Positions 15,101 through 15,679 of a stretch of 15,679 bases of DNA are shown here, one piece after another. The position numbers and the translations under genes are program-made. Location: assembly GCA_964555095.1 (NCBI GenBank), contig CAZKRA010000013.1, positions 1-15,679 of the forward strand. Direction: 5' to 3'. Under the pieces are notes generated by a model. That model saw only the letters and a program-made list of their open reading frames with translations. It searched no databases and was not told where the DNA came from. How positions within the stretch are numbered: position 1 is the first letter of the stretch; each line of letters opens with the position of its first letter. Source of the DNA: an uncultured Candidatus Saccharibacteria bacterium. GTDB lineage: Bacteria; Patescibacteriota; Minisyncoccia; Minisyncoccales; CAYPLZ01.

Positions 15101-15679
15101 TTTGCCTCCGGGGGCTCCACCTCCACCAGCATGCTCTGATTGCCATCCAAAACCTTCTTCCCAAATACCTCCGCCCCCACCAGCACCAGCAACTACTAAA
15201 AGATGTTTTGATCCATCTTTTTTAATTCCTATAATTTTTGTTTCTCCTCCACCCCCACCAGCTTCATCATCTCCTCCACTTCCTCCATTTGGCCATCCTC
15301 CTTTCCCAGGACCATTAGATGTAAGAGGTCCTTCTCCTCCCTCTCCTTCCCATAATTCTACTTCCTTAAAATCACTAAGATCTATCTTAGCCTCTACATA
15401 ACCTCCTGCTCCTCCATCTCCAGCTGATATTTCCCAATTATTATTTGCTCCTCCGCCCCCAGCTCCCCACATTTTAACATTAAGTCTATTATAAGTAGAA
15501 ACATCCTTATTTACTTTAGCTTCATCAGAATTAAAATAACAATTACTTGTATCATATTTACAATTTTGGCATGATAATGTACCTCCATCATAACCTAAGC
15601 TTGTACAGCTATTTCCGTCCATATTATTACCATCGCACTCTTCAGTATCTTCTACTATCCCATCTCCACAGAAGGAATC
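12170..15679 (-). CDS. Giant secreted/surface multidomain protein (5' end outside window, at least 1,169 codons visible)
   Basis: The frame is open from the window edge: 19 codons, DSFCGDGIVEDTEECDGNN, precede the ORF-track Met at 15622. Long uninterrupted ORF in an AT-rich genome. Many paired Cys residues and beta-rich modules. TAA stop at 12170-12172. Confidence 0.9.
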   Translation of the reverse strand, partial: DSFCGDGIVEDTEECDGNNMDGNSCTSLGYDGGTLSCQNCKYDTSNCYFNSDEAKVNKDVSTYNRLNVKMWGAGGGGANNNWEISAGDGGAGGYVEAKIDLSDFKEVELWEGEGGEGPLTSNGPGKGGWPNGGSGGDDEAGGGGGETKIIGIKKDGSKHLLVVAGAGGGGGIWEEGFGWQSEHAGGGGAPGGKGGTYNGSTALFRSDSFAIGEDAKGTLSKGGKGGDAGSGYNEDGSNGEGWCNKDYLVGDYCITKKGEGNKGGFASNPGEDGEDGKIEENYYIIEESPQVESYSASIDYGTKNLRGKIAKVEKNKATLKGELTSLGEEEKVDVYFKWGTNPNYLTNITTLEEKQYTGTFSHEINVDYDTTYYFKAKAEDVEGEQKSFTTKKESSFDCSYLMEEQSEERCTGWLQWNYGFSFDNPEGGKLTYGDCVNKSINDPQNYGHYKESFGNCDVCMCSGAWGLGPNPGALLYFPIYYLQSDIPGRCAGMALSTLQFYYGDDKKENYDRDVDRIAGLSENSNEKGIKLLDHIEAMNARSTFAGIVLEHWSKSDNYWLTNKAGSRSGSSAAQVFINNIKNDLNKNPPQYGMLYMLSQFGGITNHTVTIDSIEETTNGTKIYLYDNNIIRMGTTLFAESSDSIPNKNLLYSYIFIDKEGNFSKWQERSGRDMREWKGENPLDRLVYMPYSKIKRATNIPTIGEIGGTLSRALYLLAGVYFNSEGTIEFKNEKGKILSIADNKYEISDIVPLPIPSRSSDKNPQFFLLPPANYKTTIKGDTSGSYTSYVPTGESINVMENIKMNNGTKDTFTVEGKKENKSFSVSTSDLKKPFSVNLIDPMKEFKDNIRQFKLDTEIYSTGEAILNLNSENDTLIYGNKGDKTLTYSLEVKNEKKNSFVGVTTDTKNKEAIQIKPNKIHIIKDKSDNLTIKKENIPNAEISCDTSNCKGGKCEKDDWITYQPTSDLDPCFYKLVNNSTDNDSTNLENNNDIKKTSWYIKEKSEDNYNLLSCGEVAGFSKECTLQEKDIPSPGEYEIKLKVEDSYISDVATRSLTVKKEIEAGFKCSLTKNNWKECNEIREPSVEEVMYFKDFSKESEGGEVIKNRTWRVKEDDGIYSEFGKGKEIASTTIPAVKTWIKIEVEDNLNRKDQEEKLIKGSLPLPDWKEITP
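12212..12865 (-). other. Domain: two tandem PKD-like modules
   Basis: Module 1: ISCDTSNC...WITYQP...TSWYIKEKSEDN...PGEYEIKLKVEDSYISDVATRSLTV. Module 2: AGFKCSLTKNNWKEC...VMYFKDFSKESEGGEVIKNRTWRV...TWIKIEVEDNLNRKD. Confidence 0.5.
13796..14233 (-). other. Domain: putative papain-fold (C39-like) cysteine peptidase core
   Basis: Q464-x6-C471 in LQSDIPGRCAGMALSTLQFYYG (Cys codon 14210-14212). H587 in GGITNHTVTID (His codon 13862-13864). D607/N608 in IYLYDNN. Order and spacing follow the Gln/Cys/His/Asp(Asn) pattern of the papain clan. Confidence 0.45.
14507..14809 (-). other. Domain: FN3/Ig-like beta-sandwich
   Basis: ATLKGELTSLGEEEKVDVYFKWGTNPNYL...GTFSHEINVDYDTTYYFKAKAEDVEGEQKSFTT, an alternating beta pattern with the typical TxYYF(K/R)A motif. 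Confidence 0.5.
14843..15493 (-). other. Domain: glycine-rich domain (Pfam Gly_rich PF12810 / ALK-LTK GlyR-like)
   Basis: Periodic beta-strand-plus-polyGly blocks: NVKMWGAGGGG, GDGGAGGYVEAKI, ELWEGEGGEG, GGSGG, GGGGGETKI, LLVVAGAGGGGG, AGGGGAPGGKGG, KGGKGGDAGSG. Confidence 0.55.
15536..15679 (-). other. Domain: cysteine-rich repeat of the CGDGxxxxxEECDxxN type (Myxococcus cysteine-rich repeat / DUF4215-like)
   Basis: FCGDGIVEDTEECDGNNMDGNSCTSLGYDGGTLSCQNCKYDTSNC. Confidence 0.65.

Noticed and set aside
13044-15192. ORFs 13044-13319 (+), 13294-13500 (-) and 14935-15192 (-) inside the giant gene
   Set aside because: These are antisense or off-frame shadows of the 3.5-kb ORF. They lack initiation signals and their sequences are compositionally odd.
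15102-15401. 99-aa proline-rich ORF on the plus strand (PPGAPPPPA...PPPPPAPA)
   Set aside because: It is the exact antisense of the glycine-rich coding segment (GGN read as NCC). It has no start context or SD and is an artefact of the low-complexity Gly codons.
14843-15500. Local GC-rich patch that could be read as a horizontally acquired island
   Set aside because: The GC enrichment coincides exactly with the Gly (GGN) and Pro/Ala-poor low-complexity coding region of the giant ORF. It is a compositional effect of amino-acid content, not a foreign insert.
1-15679. Search for CRISPR arrays, tRNA/rRNA genes, IS elements and an alternative genetic code
   Set aside because: No regularly spaced repeats, no GC-rich cloverleaf-sized segments in the intergenic regions and no transposase-like ORFs were seen. 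TGA is used as a genuine stop at 5792-5794 and 3176-3178, so recoding of UGA (code 4/25) is not indicated.

Overview
This is an AT-rich, tightly packed bacterial window (GC visibly low, not computed). Almost every gene lies on the minus strand. The standard genetic code applies, since TGA serves as a stop for the S41 peptidase gene and for a small ORF. The gene content and compactness suggest a small-genome, uncultivated lineage such as Patescibacteria/CPR, but that is inference only.

Confident housekeeping and envelope genes:
- a Xer-type tyrosine recombinase (partial)
- uppS
- a geranylgeranyl-reductase-family flavoprotein
- rpmA (L27)
- pyrG
- rplI (L9)
- an S41 C-terminal processing peptidase
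- dinB
- a membrane-anchored FKBP isomerase
- a MATE/MOP transporter
- uppP

I see no recognisable defence system, CRISPR array, tRNA or rRNA gene, or transposon.

The most unusual element is a giant secreted mosaic protein, with more than 1,169 codons visible and its 5' end outside the window. It combines these modules:
- a CGDG...EECD cysteine-rich repeat
- a polyglycine-rich domain resembling the Gly_rich / ALK-LTK GlyR type
- an FN3-like module
- a putative papain/C39-like cysteine peptidase with a Gln-Cys-His-Asp constellation
- two PKD-like modules ending in LPLPDWKEITP

Secondary points of interest:
- an orphan two-gene cassette of small acidic proteins lying next to a 67-codon enolase relic
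- a tight uppS-reductase pair preceded by a duplicated vestigial start
- small hydrophobic peptide ORFs driven by a perfect consensus promoter
- a split between small orphan ORFs with a strong Shine-Dalgarno (SD) site and housekeeping genes whose -10 boxes sit 6-11 nt from the ATG, suggesting leaderless mRNAs
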